A stretch of DNA of 64,000 nt from contig JBNGDF010000002.1 in NCBI GenBank assembly GCA_049975265.1, positions 1 to 64,000 on the forward strand. The letters are read 5' to 3'. This DNA is from Fidelibacterota bacterium. GTDB taxonomy: Bacteria > Fidelibacterota > UBA2242. The translations under genes were made by a program, and so were the position numbers. Below, piece by piece: positions 50,380 through 60,601 of the stretch. The notes beneath the pieces were generated by a model. The model saw only the letters and a list, made by a program, of their open reading frames with translations. It had not been told where the DNA came from and searched no databases. Positions within the stretch are counted from its first letter, which is position 1; every line of letters begins with the position of its first letter.

Positions 50380-51213
50380 ATGAGTCCACTTCAGCAATCC
50401 ATCGAAACGATCTTTGCCGCTGCAGCGCCACAGCCACCCGCCGATTTTCAACAGGTCTTCAACGAGATGATCCGTCAACTGAATTCCGGAGAGCTGCGGG
50501 CTGCCTATTGCAATGGTACAGCCTGGCGTGTAAACGAGTGGGTTAAAAAGGGCATTCTGCTGGGATTTCGGTACGGCAAACTGACCGATTATTCCAGCGG
50601 CATGTTTCCCTATTTTGATAAGGACACCTATCCGCTGCAATCCACAACCATTCAACAAAAAATCCGGATCGTCCCCGGCGGCAGCAGCATCCGAAACGGA
50701 AGTTTTCTGGCGCCGGGCGTCGTAATCATGCCACCGGCTTATGTCAATGTCGGCAGCTATGTGGATGCCGATACGATGATTGACTCCCACGCACTTGTTG
50801 GTTCCTGTGCTCAGATCGGCAAACGGGTTCACCTGAGTGCCGGTGTCCAAATTGGCGGTGTCCTCGAACCGATCGGCGCCCGACCGGTTATCATCGAAGA
50901 TGATGTGCTGATCGGTGGCAACTGCGGCATCTTTGAAGGTGTTTTGATTAAACGAGGTGCAGTGTTGGCGGCGGGAACGATTCTTACTGCATCACTACCG
51001 GTTTACGATCTCATTCGTCAGGAAGTATTAAAGGGGAATAAAAAGCAGCCGCTGGTAATCCCGGAAAACGCCGTGGTCATTCCCGGCAGCCGTCCGTTAA
51101 TAAAGTCCGGTTTTGCCCGCCACCACGGATTGCACGGATATTGTGCCGTTATCATTAAATACCGCGACTCCGACACCGATACCGCCACCGCGCTGGAAAA
51201 AAGTCTCCGGTAA
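50380..51213 (+). CDS. dapD: Tetrahydrodipicolinate N-succinyltransferase
   Basis: WVKKGILLGF, RIVPGG, VGSCAQIG..HLSAGVQIGGVLEP. Start set at MSPL. Confidence 0.92.
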   Translation: MSPLQQSIETIFAAAAPQPPADFQQVFNEMIRQLNSGELRAAYCNGTAWRVNEWVKKGILLGFRYGKLTDYSSGMFPYFDKDTYPLQSTTIQQKIRIVPGGSSIRNGSFLAPGVVIMPPAYVNVGSYVDADTMIDSHALVGSCAQIGKRVHLSAGVQIGGVLEPIGARPVIIEDDVLIGGNCGIFEGVLIKRGAVLAAGTILTASLPVYDLIRQEVLKGNKKQPLVIPENAVVIPGSRPLIKSGFARHHGLHGYCAVIIKYRDSDTDTATALEKSLR

Positions 51214-51448
51214 TTCCCAGCAATTCCCGACATCTGGATTGAACGCGAATAATCCCGGATGCAATTCGGGGAAACAAAATCCCTTCCACAAAACCAACCA
51301 CAACGTGGTTGAACATAATCTCCGCTTCCCCGGCATTGCCGTATAAAAAACATCACACCAATATTTTCATTATTTCCGGTTAAAATTCCTTTTCTTTCAA
51401 TGTAATTTCTCTTAACTTTCTAAAGTTTTCAACAACCACCGAGGGATC

Positions 51449-52753
51449 ATGCGCATCGGAATACGACGTGAGGATAAAAACGACTATGAAGCCAGGGTGC
51501 CGTTAATACCGGAGCATGTCCTCCAGATCAGGGAAAAATCCGCCGCGGAAATTTTCATCCAGCCCTCTGCTATACGTGCCTTCCGTGACACGGAATATCG
51601 TCAAGCCGGCGCTGCGGTGAGCGAGGATCTCTCCGGCTGCGATCTGATCCTGGCTGTAAAAGAGATCCCCATCAATTACTTCCTTCCCGGCAAAAAGTAT
51701 ATCTTCTTTTCCCATACCATCAAAGGACAGCCGTACAATATGCCGACGCTGAAACGAATGGTGGACCTGAAGACCACCCTCATCGACTATGAAAAAATCG
51801 TCGATGAAAACGGCAGACGGCTGGTATTTTTCGGGCGCTTCGCTGGTATTGCCGGAATGATCGATTCCTTCTGGGCACTGGGAAAGCGGCTTCAGGATGA
51901 AGGAATCAGCACCCTGTTTGCCAATTTGAAACCGGCACTCCAGTACGGTGACCTGAAATCGGTAAAAAAAGCCTATCGGGATCAGGCACAGCGGTTCACC
52001 CGGGAGGGAATCCCACAAAAATTGACGCCTCTGATCGTCGGTTTTGCCGGCTACGGCAATGTTTCCAAAGGCGCTCAGGAAATCTTCGATACATTTCCTT
52101 ATATCGAAATCCAGCCCGAAGATTTGGCTGCGTTTTATCAAAAAGGCGTTTTTTCAAACAAACACCTTTACAAAGTTGTTTTTAAGGAAGAAGACCTGGT
52201 CGAACCACGGGATTCATCGGGTCGGTTTCAGCTGCGGGAATACTATCAACATCCCGAAAAATATAAATCAAAATTTGACAAACATCTGCCCTATTTATCA
52301 ATGCTGATCAATGCGATCTATTGGGACAGCCGCTACCCCCGCCTTGTCACCAAACGCTATTTAAGAGATAACTTTTCCTGGTTACCGCTGAAGGTAATTG
52401 GTGATATCACATGTGACGTCGGCGGCTCCATCGAATGCAATCTGGCGGTAACGGATTCCGGCAATCCGGTTTACGTTTATAATCCCGATACCGGGCAGAT
52501 ACAATACGGCACAGCGGGCTATGGCCCCGTTGTACTGGCGGTGGATAATCTGCCCTGTGAACTGCCGAAAGAGTCATCGACGGTGTTCAGTACGGTACTG
52601 AAGGATTTTATTCCGCAGCTTCTGGAAACCGATTTTTCCCGGGATTTTGAGAGTGTCAATTTACCACCTGAACTGAAGCGGGCAACAATATTATATCATG
52701 GTCAATTCACGCCGGATTATACCTATATGCGTGATTACATCAAGAATCTGTAA
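51449..52753 (+). CDS. Lysine-ketoglutarate reductase-like protein (AlaDh/PNT fold; LKR domain of AASS)
   Basis: GIRREDKN.YE.RVPL.P, FFSHTIKGQPYNM, LIDYE, FGRFAG, DITCD.GGSIE, AVDNLPCELP. Confidence 0.85.
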   Translation: MRIGIRREDKNDYEARVPLIPEHVLQIREKSAAEIFIQPSAIRAFRDTEYRQAGAAVSEDLSGCDLILAVKEIPINYFLPGKKYIFFSHTIKGQPYNMPTLKRMVDLKTTLIDYEKIVDENGRRLVFFGRFAGIAGMIDSFWALGKRLQDEGISTLFANLKPALQYGDLKSVKKAYRDQAQRFTREGIPQKLTPLIVGFAGYGNVSKGAQEIFDTFPYIEIQPEDLAAFYQKGVFSNKHLYKVVFKEEDLVEPRDSSGRFQLREYYQHPEKYKSKFDKHLPYLSMLINAIYWDSRYPRLVTKRYLRDNFSWLPLKVIGDITCDVGGSIECNLAVTDSGNPVYVYNPDTGQIQYGTAGYGPVVLAVDNLPCELPKESSTVFSTVLKDFIPQLLETDFSRDFESVNLPPELKRATILYHGQFTPDYTYMRDYIKNL

Positions 52754-52795
52754 CAGCGTTCGATAATTGTAACCATTATTTGAAGGAAGATTATC

Positions 52796-54115
52796 ATGAA
52801 AAAGGTGCTGGTTCTCGGAGCAGGCTTGGTCTCAAGACCTTTGGTGCGCTATCTGCTGGATATCCCGGAGTTTCAGGTAACCGTCGCCAGTCGGACGGTC
52901 AGCAAAGCCGACAAACTAATTGACGGACATCCTCAGGGTACGGCAATTGAACTGAACGTCAAGAACGATTCCCAACTGGAGCAATTGATCAGGCAATCCG
53001 ACCTGGCTATCAGCCTGCTGCCCTATACTTACCATGTAAAGGTCGCCGGCTACTGTATCAAACACAAAAAACAGATGGTCACCACCTCTTACATCAGTGA
53101 CGCCATGAAAGCACTTGACAAACCGGCGCGCCAGGCAGGAGTGTTGATACTGAATGAAATCGGCGTCGATCCCGGAATTGACCACATGTCCGCCATGCGC
53201 ATTATCCACAATGTGGAAAACAGCGGTGGTAAAGTAGTTAGTTTTCGCTCCTATTGCGGTGGCTTGCCGGCACCGGAAGCCAATGATAACCCCTTCGGAT
53301 ATAAATTCAGCTGGAGTCCCCGCGGTGTGTTAATGGCAGGTCGCAACGATGCCAAATATCTGAAAGAGGACAAAATCATTGAAATCCAGGGGAAGGACCT
53401 CTTCCGCCATCACTGGCTGTTGAATATTGAGGGACTACCGCCATTCGAGACCTACCCGAACCGCAACGCCTTGCCCTACATCGAGACCTACGGATTAAAG
53501 GATGTCAGAACCATGTTTCGCGGTACAATTCGCAATATCGGCTGGTGTGAAACCATGCTCTGTATCGCCCGTCTGGGTGTTCTCGATGAGACCGAGCGCC
53601 ATGATCTGCAGGGCATGAGCTTTGACGATCTGACTCGCCGGCTGGTAAACGCCACGGCGGGTCTCAGCACCCGGCAAGCCGTTCAGAAATATCTTGGCGA
53701 TGATGCCAGCGAAGAAGTCCTCGACCGACTGGAATGGCTGGGGCTTTTCAGCAGCGAGCCACTTCCGGACGAGCCGACCTATCTTGATGTTATGACCCGG
53801 CGCTTTATGGAAAAAATGCCCTATCGCGAGGGTGAACGGGATATGCTCGTGCTTTATCACGACTTTCTGGCAGAGTGGCCCGATCATAAGAAGCGAATCA
53901 CCTCCACAATGGTGGATTTCGGTATACCTCATGGTGATTCCTCCATGGCTCGCACCGTCAGTCTGCCGGCTGCTATTGCTACCCGCCTGATCCTGCAGGG
54001 CAAAATCAAACTGAGTGGTGTATACGCGCCGGTAATGCCCGAAATATATCAACCGGTATTGACGGAGCTGGAATCCATGAATATCGTCTGTAAGGAACAG
54101 GAATATCCGGTATAA
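52796..54115 (+). CDS. Saccharopine dehydrogenase (glutamate-forming; LYS9/AASS-SDH type)
   Basis: VLVLGAGLV, ISLLP, VTTSY, NEIGVDPGIDH, SYCGGLPAPEA.DNP.GYKFSWSPRG, SMARTV. Confidence 0.92.
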   Translation: MKKVLVLGAGLVSRPLVRYLLDIPEFQVTVASRTVSKADKLIDGHPQGTAIELNVKNDSQLEQLIRQSDLAISLLPYTYHVKVAGYCIKHKKQMVTTSYISDAMKALDKPARQAGVLILNEIGVDPGIDHMSAMRIIHNVENSGGKVVSFRSYCGGLPAPEANDNPFGYKFSWSPRGVLMAGRNDAKYLKEDKIIEIQGKDLFRHHWLLNIEGLPPFETYPNRNALPYIETYGLKDVRTMFRGTIRNIGWCETMLCIARLGVLDETERHDLQGMSFDDLTRRLVNATAGLSTRQAVQKYLGDDASEEVLDRLEWLGLFSSEPLPDEPTYLDVMTRRFMEKMPYREGERDMLVLYHDFLAEWPDHKKRITSTMVDFGIPHGDSSMARTVSLPAAIATRLILQGKIKLSGVYAPVMPEIYQPVLTELESMNIVCKEQEYPV

Positions 54116-54234
54116 GCATACCGAAAACTTCTTCTTCAAGTGAGCCAAAGCCGGAACTCCGACGGTTATCCCGACTGAGATAAAGTACCAGTACTCCCCC
54201 GGCGTTCATCGCCTTGGTATTAAATACATTGCAT

Positions 54235-55662
54235 TTACGACTGAAACGATGGCATTTGTCGCTTTTGTGTCATAAGACTGACAATCATAATCGCCAGGAA
54301 AGCAAAACCGTAGCTGCTCAGTCGCTCTGTCACAACATTGTTGAATACCGGCAGATTTTTCCAGATGATGGTGGTCACCGAACCGGTCAGCAGACCAGCC
54401 AGCGCTCCTTTACGGGTCACCTTTTTCCAGTAAATAATGCAGAGCAGCAACGGACCAAAACTGGCACCCAGTCCCGACCAGGCATAGGAAACCAGAGAAA
54501 AGACCAGGTCTGTCGAAAAATAAGCCAGACCAAAGGCGAAAACACCCACCAGAGTCGTCACAATCCGGCTGACCGAGAGAAGGCTTGCGGGTGATAGATT
54601 CCGCTTACCGGCTTTGTGAATCAGGTCCTCGGAAATGGCGGACGCCGTTACCAGCAGCTGGGAATCCGCCGTCGACATCATCGCCGCCATTGCTCCGGAA
54701 ATTAGAATACCGGCAATCCAGCCCGGCAGCAGAGTCGATGCCATAAAGGGCATTATAAATTCGGGGTCTTCAAAATGTCCGGTGCCGTACAGTGCCAGCC
54801 CGATGATTCCCATAAAAAATCCACCGAAAAAAGCCGGTATCGCCCAGCTGAATGCCACGCCTCGACCGCGCTTGAGCTCACCGACATCGCGAATGGCGAT
54901 AAACCGCGCCAGCAGATGCGGTTGACCGCTGTAACCGAATCCCCAACTGAGTCCGTTCAATACTGCGAGAAATGCCCAGAATCCCGTCTTACCGGCGGTC
55001 AATGACAGTGCTTCCGGGCAAATCTCTCCCGCCCCGCCATTCTGCAGTAATTCCACTACGCCTACCACCGGCAGAATAATCAGGGTTGCAATCATGATCA
55101 GAGCCTGTACCATATCGGTCCAGACCACCGCTCGAAAACCACCCAATATTGTATACAGAAGAATAATGCCGGCACCGGTCAGCATTCCCGAAAATTGGGG
55201 AATCCCGAAGGTTACGTTCAGCACTTTTCCGGCAGCATTGAATTGTGCCGCCACATAAAATGTGAAGAAGAAGGTAATAATCAGAGATGACGTAATCCGC
55301 AATACATTGGTCTCATCACGAAAATAGCCGGCAATCAGGTCGGGCAGGGTCATCGAGTCATATGTTCCCGCCAACTCCCGCAGCGGGATAGCAAGATAGA
55401 GCCACGAAAATATAATCCCCAGAATACAACCAACCGCCGCCCAGATTTCCAGAAACCCCGTTGCCAGTGCTGCTCCCGGCAAACCGATCAGCAACCAGGC
55501 GGATTCACCACTGGCTCGCTCCGATAGGGCGATTGCCCAGGCACCCAGTTTACGGTCCGCAATTAAAAAATCCGCCTGTGTTCTGTTCTTACCGGCACTC
55601 ACCAACCCAATGATCAGAACCACCGCCAGGTACAAAATCAAACCGATCAATATGGAATTCAT
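54235..55662 (-). CDS. putP: Sodium/proline symporter (SSS family)
   Basis: ALSERASGESAWLLIGLPG, GGFRAVVWTD, GY.GQPH, AAMMSTADSQLL, YAWSGLGASFGP. Confidence 0.82.
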   Translation of the reverse strand: MNSILIGLILYLAVVLIIGLVSAGKNRTQADFLIADRKLGAWAIALSERASGESAWLLIGLPGAALATGFLEIWAAVGCILGIIFSWLYLAIPLRELAGTYDSMTLPDLIAGYFRDETNVLRITSSLIITFFFTFYVAAQFNAAGKVLNVTFGIPQFSGMLTGAGIILLYTILGGFRAVVWTDMVQALIMIATLIILPVVGVVELLQNGGAGEICPEALSLTAGKTGFWAFLAVLNGLSWGFGYSGQPHLLARFIAIRDVGELKRGRGVAFSWAIPAFFGGFFMGIIGLALYGTGHFEDPEFIMPFMASTLLPGWIAGILISGAMAAMMSTADSQLLVTASAISEDLIHKAGKRNLSPASLLSVSRIVTTLVGVFAFGLAYFSTDLVFSLVSYAWSGLGASFGPLLLCIIYWKKVTRKGALAGLLTGSVTTIIWKNLPVFNNVVTERLSSYGFAFLAIMIVSLMTQKRQMPSFQS

Positions 55663-55734
55663 AGCACCCCTCTGTTTTATGCCTTTTTCCCGCACACCGA
55701 ATTTATAAAAATCCCGGGCAATGGCAAATAAGCA

Positions 55735-55763
55735 TTGACTTAATTTTCAAACCATCGTATATT
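55735..55763 (+). promoter_or_regulatory. Sigma70-type promoter of the B12 operon
   Basis: TTGACT-17 nt-TATATT, just upstream of the riboswitch. Confidence 0.7.
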
Positions 55764-55770
55764 CAATATG

Positions 55771-55917
55771 TTATTTTAGATATGGATTATGACAGGGAAG
55801 CTCGTGAGAATCGAGCACAGCCCCGCTACTGTAACCGAGGACGCGCCTACAAATACCACGGTAATTGCTGGAAGGTGTAGAGTCGCGGTGGATCCGGGAG
55901 TCAGGATACCTGGATAA
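55771..55917 (+). ncRNA. Cobalamin riboswitch
   Basis: AGGGAA-GCTCGTGAGAATCGAGC-ACAGCCCCGCTACTGT...CCAC..GGAAGG...GAGTCAGGATACCTG B12 box, upstream of a TonB-dependent receptor. Confidence 0.92.
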
Positions 55918-55960
55918 TTCATTCTAATCCGCTTGCGCGGGCAAAGGAAGGATTAGAACC

Positions 55961-58057
55961 ATGCCATTTTCATTCTCTCCATTCATCCATTTTCCGAATA
56001 AAACAATCATCATCAGCGGACTACTCTTGTGCGCCTTGCGACTAAGAGCCGGTCCGCCGATCATCGGTCGAGTCGTTGCTCATGACGATACCCCCATTCC
56101 TTACGTGACTGTGTATAACAAATCCGATGATTCCTGGCTGATAAGCGATGAAAACGGACGCATCTACTTTTCGAATCGACATCAGCCCGGCGATACTCTC
56201 GAGTTTCGGCGGATCGGATTCCAAAACGCCATTGCTGCGATTCCGGACAGCGTCGGCTTTTTTCAAATCCGCCTGCACTACGCTCCTGTGACCATCGGTT
56301 CAGTGGAGATTTCCGGTTGGCTGCCACAAAGGGAGACGCGGGAATATCTTGCTCGAATTCAAGTCCCCAGAGAGATGGGAAACCTCGAACCCGACCAGGT
56401 TTTCTCCGCCATCCCCGGTATCTATCTCCGCTCCTACGGTGGTCCGGCAGGCATCACAACTCTCAGTCTGGACGGTGCGCCGGCTTCGCACACCAATATC
56501 TATTACGCCGGTTTTGACCTTACCAGCGCCCAAAACGGACAGATGGATATCTCGCAATTACCTTCCGCTTTCATCGGCGCGATTGAATACCTGCCGCATC
56601 CGAATCAAGCAAATCCCGAAGCCGGTAACGCCGAAGGGAGTATTCAGATACAGCCGGAAGAATCGGAGACAGGATTCAGCGCCGGATTCGGCTCCTTCGG
56701 CTATCGCTCCCTGACCGGTCGGTTTGCAATCCGCACCGGCAAAATCCGCGCTCACTTCACCCTGGGAAAACGCCACGACGACGCCGATTATCCGACCATC
56801 AACCCTGTCAACGAATTGCCCCTGAAACGTAAAAACAACACCTTTGACCAGCAATATCTTACATCTACAGTTACCACGGTTTTTTCACCCAACCTGTTTT
56901 GGAAAACCATCGTCATGGATTCCCGTCAGGAACGTGGCGTCGCAGGATTGGTCTGGTCACCGACCCCCCACGCTCAGCGGGATGACCGACTCACGATGTT
57001 CGGTTCAAAACTGGGCTGGGTCAACCGGATCGGACACGGCTACTCTCACTTTCTGATCAAGCGGAATACGGATCATTACGTGAATCCCCAAAACAATATC
57101 AATGCCGAACATACGTTATTCACCCACCAGTTCCTTGTCAGGCAGGCTGGCAGGCTTGGTCGCCATCTGCGGTTGGCATTGTCCACCGACTTCCAATATG
57201 ATTATCTGCGCAGTACAAATACCGCTTCCCATAATCGTCTTAGCAATAAAACCATGGCGGCGCTGACATTCACACCTGTAGAGCGACTCTCCATCAGTCC
57301 GATGATTATCCACGATTACTCTCCAAATCTCTTCTCCACGACTAACCACGACTTACAGATACGTTGGCATTTCCCGGATCAGAAGGGACTCGTTTATACC
57401 ACCGCCGGAAAATTCTATCGCCATCCCACTTTCAACGATCTCTACTGGAAACCGGGGGGTAATCCGGATTTACAACCGGAACAGACTGTTCGGATCGCCG
57501 GCGGTTTTTCGCTGACCGGTTTCGCAGGGTGCACCATCAAAATCCATCTGTATCACAAAGAGAGTAAAAATCTTATCCTGTGGACACCAATCCAATCCTA
57601 CTGGCAACCCAAAAATATCGAAAAAGCCGTTCGCAAAGGTTATAAAATTTCCCTCGCCTGGCAACACCCAAAGATACCGGTAACGCTCAACGCCGGGTAC
57701 AATTATGCCGTCTCCAGCAATCTGACACCGGGTGATTACTATCAAAAACCGTTGCGATATGCACCCCGGGAGACCGGTTCTCTGGCGCTCAGCTGGCACC
57801 CACAGAGATTCTTTATCTCGGTGCAAATGGTTCATGTCAGCAGCCGGCTCGCCATGTACAGCTGGCCGGAAGATTTAAGATTAAAACCGTATACCGTCTT
57901 CGCACTCAATCTGTCTCACCGGCTGAAATGCCGGCTGGGCAGCTTCATCATCGCCGGCGCGGTGAATAATCTCGGCAATAACACCTATGAAACGCTGCTG
58001 GGCTATCCCGAACAGCCGCGCTCACTGCGGATAACTCTCCACTACGAAATCAATTGA
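55961..58057 (+). CDS. btuB: TonB-dependent receptor, BtuB-like
   Basis: CarboxypepD_reg N-domain, plug GIYLRSYGGPAG..GQMDIS, RHPTFNDLYW.PGGNPDLQPE, VNNL.N.YE..GYP..PR; downstream of the B12 riboswitch. Confidence 0.82.
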   Translation: MPFSFSPFIHFPNKTIIISGLLLCALRLRAGPPIIGRVVAHDDTPIPYVTVYNKSDDSWLISDENGRIYFSNRHQPGDTLEFRRIGFQNAIAAIPDSVGFFQIRLHYAPVTIGSVEISGWLPQRETREYLARIQVPREMGNLEPDQVFSAIPGIYLRSYGGPAGITTLSLDGAPASHTNIYYAGFDLTSAQNGQMDISQLPSAFIGAIEYLPHPNQANPEAGNAEGSIQIQPEESETGFSAGFGSFGYRSLTGRFAIRTGKIRAHFTLGKRHDDADYPTINPVNELPLKRKNNTFDQQYLTSTVTTVFSPNLFWKTIVMDSRQERGVAGLVWSPTPHAQRDDRLTMFGSKLGWVNRIGHGYSHFLIKRNTDHYVNPQNNINAEHTLFTHQFLVRQAGRLGRHLRLALSTDFQYDYLRSTNTASHNRLSNKTMAALTFTPVERLSISPMIIHDYSPNLFSTTNHDLQIRWHFPDQKGLVYTTAGKFYRHPTFNDLYWKPGGNPDLQPEQTVRIAGGFSLTGFAGCTIKIHLYHKESKNLILWTPIQSYWQPKNIEKAVRKGYKISLAWQHPKIPVTLNAGYNYAVSSNLTPGDYYQKPLRYAPRETGSLALSWHPQRFFISVQMVHVSSRLAMYSWPEDLRLKPYTVFALNLSHRLKCRLGSFIIAGAVNNLGNNTYETLLGYPEQPRSLRITLHYEIN

Positions 58058-58080
58058 TTACCATGAAAGGATTAACAGAT

Positions 58081-59391
58081 ATGAAACGCATTGCTGTAAT
58101 CATTACTATTCTTCATTCTATCCTGTTGGCACAATTTTCCACATATATTTTATGTGAGGGCAACTTTGGCAGTCTGAACGCTTCGCTCTGGTCGATAGAT
58201 CGGGATTTTACCGAAATCAGCGGACCTCTTTTTTGGGATCAAGGCAACAATCCGCTGGGTGATGTAGGACAAAATTTAAAAATTCATCGCGACCGCCTGT
58301 TTATTATCATGAACAACTCCAATACAATTGAAATTGCCGATCTCCGGAATGGCTTCGAATACCTGACGACCATTAACCTGCCCAATGCCGGACCCCGCGA
58401 TCTCGAGATTATCAACAATATCGCCTATGTATCCTGCTGGTATCTCGGTGGCATCGTGGTGATCGATCTGGACGGATATGCAATCATTGATACTTTGAAT
58501 TTGGGAGCGCTGCCCGAAGATTTACTCTATTACAACGAACGCTTATTTGCCACCATCACCATGAACGCCGACTGGTCAGCCGCCAACCGGGTCATCGCTT
58601 TCGATGTCTCCCACACCACACCTCAACCCTCCGACACCTTCACTGTCGTCAGCGGTCCGGAAGAGATGATCGGCTTTCAGAACTACCTCTACATCACCAG
58701 CACCTATTACGACAACGACTGGAACAGCTATGCCGGGAACTCCCGCATCGACTTGAATACCGGTGAGGTGATCACCAAAGACTTCGGAATCAGTTACTCT
58801 TTCGGCAGAGATATTACGGTTCTGAACGATAAAATCTATCGAACCTATCGGAACGGCATTTATGCTCTGACCGATTCCCTGACCATGGATACCAGCGATC
58901 ATATCGGAGATTACAGCACCATCTATTCTATGAGCTCATACGACGGTTATATATTTTTCGGACTCAGCGACTATGTTGCACCGGACAATATTGCGATCAC
59001 CGATCTGAACGGGACCGAAATCTGCAATTTTCAAACCGGCGCATTTCCCGGGTCTTTTGCCTTTTACGACGCCAGTTCACTTTCCTGCGACGATGCAGGC
59101 GACCCCGTTTGCACCGGGTTCCGGCTATCTCCCAACTACCCGAATCCTTTCAACGGCGCCACGCTGATCCCCTTTCAAATTCACGAACCAAATAATTACC
59201 GGCTCTCCGTTTTCAATGTTCTGGGACAGGAAATTGCGGTTCTCTGTGACACCCGACTTCCCAACGGTGATTATCGGATTCTCTGGGACGGCAGCAACCA
59301 AAACGGCGGTCAGATTTCCAGTGGAATCTATTTTGCCATTCTCGAAACAGACGGGAAGAGAATCTCGCAAAAGATGATATTCCAGAAATAA
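58081..59391 (+). CDS. BtuG/YncE-like beta-propeller with a C-terminal sorting domain
   Basis: CEGNFG..NASL, LGDVGQ.L.I....FIIMNNS; ends NYPNPFN..ISSGIYF..SQKMIFQK. Confidence 0.8.
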   Translation: MKRIAVIITILHSILLAQFSTYILCEGNFGSLNASLWSIDRDFTEISGPLFWDQGNNPLGDVGQNLKIHRDRLFIIMNNSNTIEIADLRNGFEYLTTINLPNAGPRDLEIINNIAYVSCWYLGGIVVIDLDGYAIIDTLNLGALPEDLLYYNERLFATITMNADWSAANRVIAFDVSHTTPQPSDTFTVVSGPEEMIGFQNYLYITSTYYDNDWNSYAGNSRIDLNTGEVITKDFGISYSFGRDITVLNDKIYRTYRNGIYALTDSLTMDTSDHIGDYSTIYSMSSYDGYIFFGLSDYVAPDNIAITDLNGTEICNFQTGAFPGSFAFYDASSLSCDDAGDPVCTGFRLSPNYPNPFNGATLIPFQIHEPNNYRLSVFNVLGQEIAVLCDTRLPNGDYRILWDGSNQNGGQISSGIYFAILETDGKRISQKMIFQK

Positions 59392-59530
59392 GCCGCAGGC
59401 TACCAGAAAAATAATTCGGGCAGGGGCATTCGTCACCTCTCTCGACATTATCAAGATTCAATTTTATTAAAGCCAATTTGTTGTTAACTTACAACTGTTT
59501 TTTAACTCTTTATGAACAATATCATAGCAG

Positions 59531-60595
59531 ATGTCTCGAAATATTATCCATATCGTCGGCACGGGCACTGTCGGAACTCCACTGATCGGAATTCTGGCAT
59601 CCCGGCGTAAATCGCTCGGTATCGACGAAATTACCTTTCAGCCGGATTTATCGGAAATCAGGAATATCGCACTGGTCAGAGGACTGGTGGCACACGGCGC
59701 CAAGCTATGCGTGCCCGCAGAGTATTCCGACGAATTTGCCAGTGCCGGTTGTAAAATCGACTACCATTCCGCAGAAGCGATGCAGCGCGCCGGTGTAATC
59801 ATCGACTGTTCAAAACAGGGGCAGGCAACCGAAAATAAAAGACAGATTTATTCCCACCTGGACCAGAACAGATTATTCATCGCCCAGTCGAGAGAGCCCG
59901 GGTTCGGCGTGGATTATGCTTTTGATATCAACGACGAGGCTCTCCAGCACGGCGTGAACAATTATCTGCGAATCGTCTCCTGCAATGCTCACAACATCGC
60001 CAGCATCGTCAAAACCCTCGGCATGAATGAGAAACACTCGGAGATCGAATCCGGACGCTTCGTGTGCATTCGGCGCGCCAATGACGTCAGCGAAAGCGGC
60101 GGCTTTATTCCCTCACCTCAGGTATGCAGCCATCAGGATGATCAACACGGTACCTACCAAGCCAGGGACGCTGCCGCACTGTTTCATTCCGTTGGATACA
60201 ATATGGACCTCTTTTCATCCACCCTGAAAGTCAATTCCCAGTATTTGCACGTCATCCATTTTGACATTCGCCTGAAAACCGCCACCACTCTGCAGACTAT
60301 CATTAATAAATTGCAGGCAAATCCTCTGATTGCTCTGACAAATAAAGCCCTCACCAGCCAGATTGTCGCTTTTTCACGGGATTTGGGATACCACGGACGA
60401 GTATTGAATCAGGCGGTGGTGGCTGTGCCGACCCTGAATCTGCGCCACCAGACCGAACTCACCGGGTACAGCTTTTCTCTTCAGGATGGCAACTCGATTC
60501 TCAGCTCCATCGCGGCAGCGGTCTGGTACTTTTTCCCCCGCAGTTATCGCGAAAAGATGCTCGCTCTCAACGATCTGATATTTGATGAAATTTAA
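59531..60595 (+). CDS. Type II (archaeal) GAPDH-like oxidoreductase
   Basis: IVGTGTVG, VIIDCS, RIVSCNAH, RRAND; resembles the archaeal VVSCNTT/RRA.D pattern. Confidence 0.7.
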   Translation: MSRNIIHIVGTGTVGTPLIGILASRRKSLGIDEITFQPDLSEIRNIALVRGLVAHGAKLCVPAEYSDEFASAGCKIDYHSAEAMQRAGVIIDCSKQGQATENKRQIYSHLDQNRLFIAQSREPGFGVDYAFDINDEALQHGVNNYLRIVSCNAHNIASIVKTLGMNEKHSEIESGRFVCIRRANDVSESGGFIPSPQVCSHQDDQHGTYQARDAAALFHSVGYNMDLFSSTLKVNSQYLHVIHFDIRLKTATTLQTIINKLQANPLIALTNKALTSQIVAFSRDLGYHGRVLNQAVVAVPTLNLRHQTELTGYSFSLQDGNSILSSIAAAVWYFFPRSYREKMLALNDLIFDEI

Positions 60596-60601
60596 CAGGA
60601 A

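Noticed and set aside
51214..51448. Intergenic region between dapD and LKR as an ncRNA
   Set aside because: Only a short AACCAC/GTGGTT hairpin and an AT-rich promoter-like stretch; no recognisable family.
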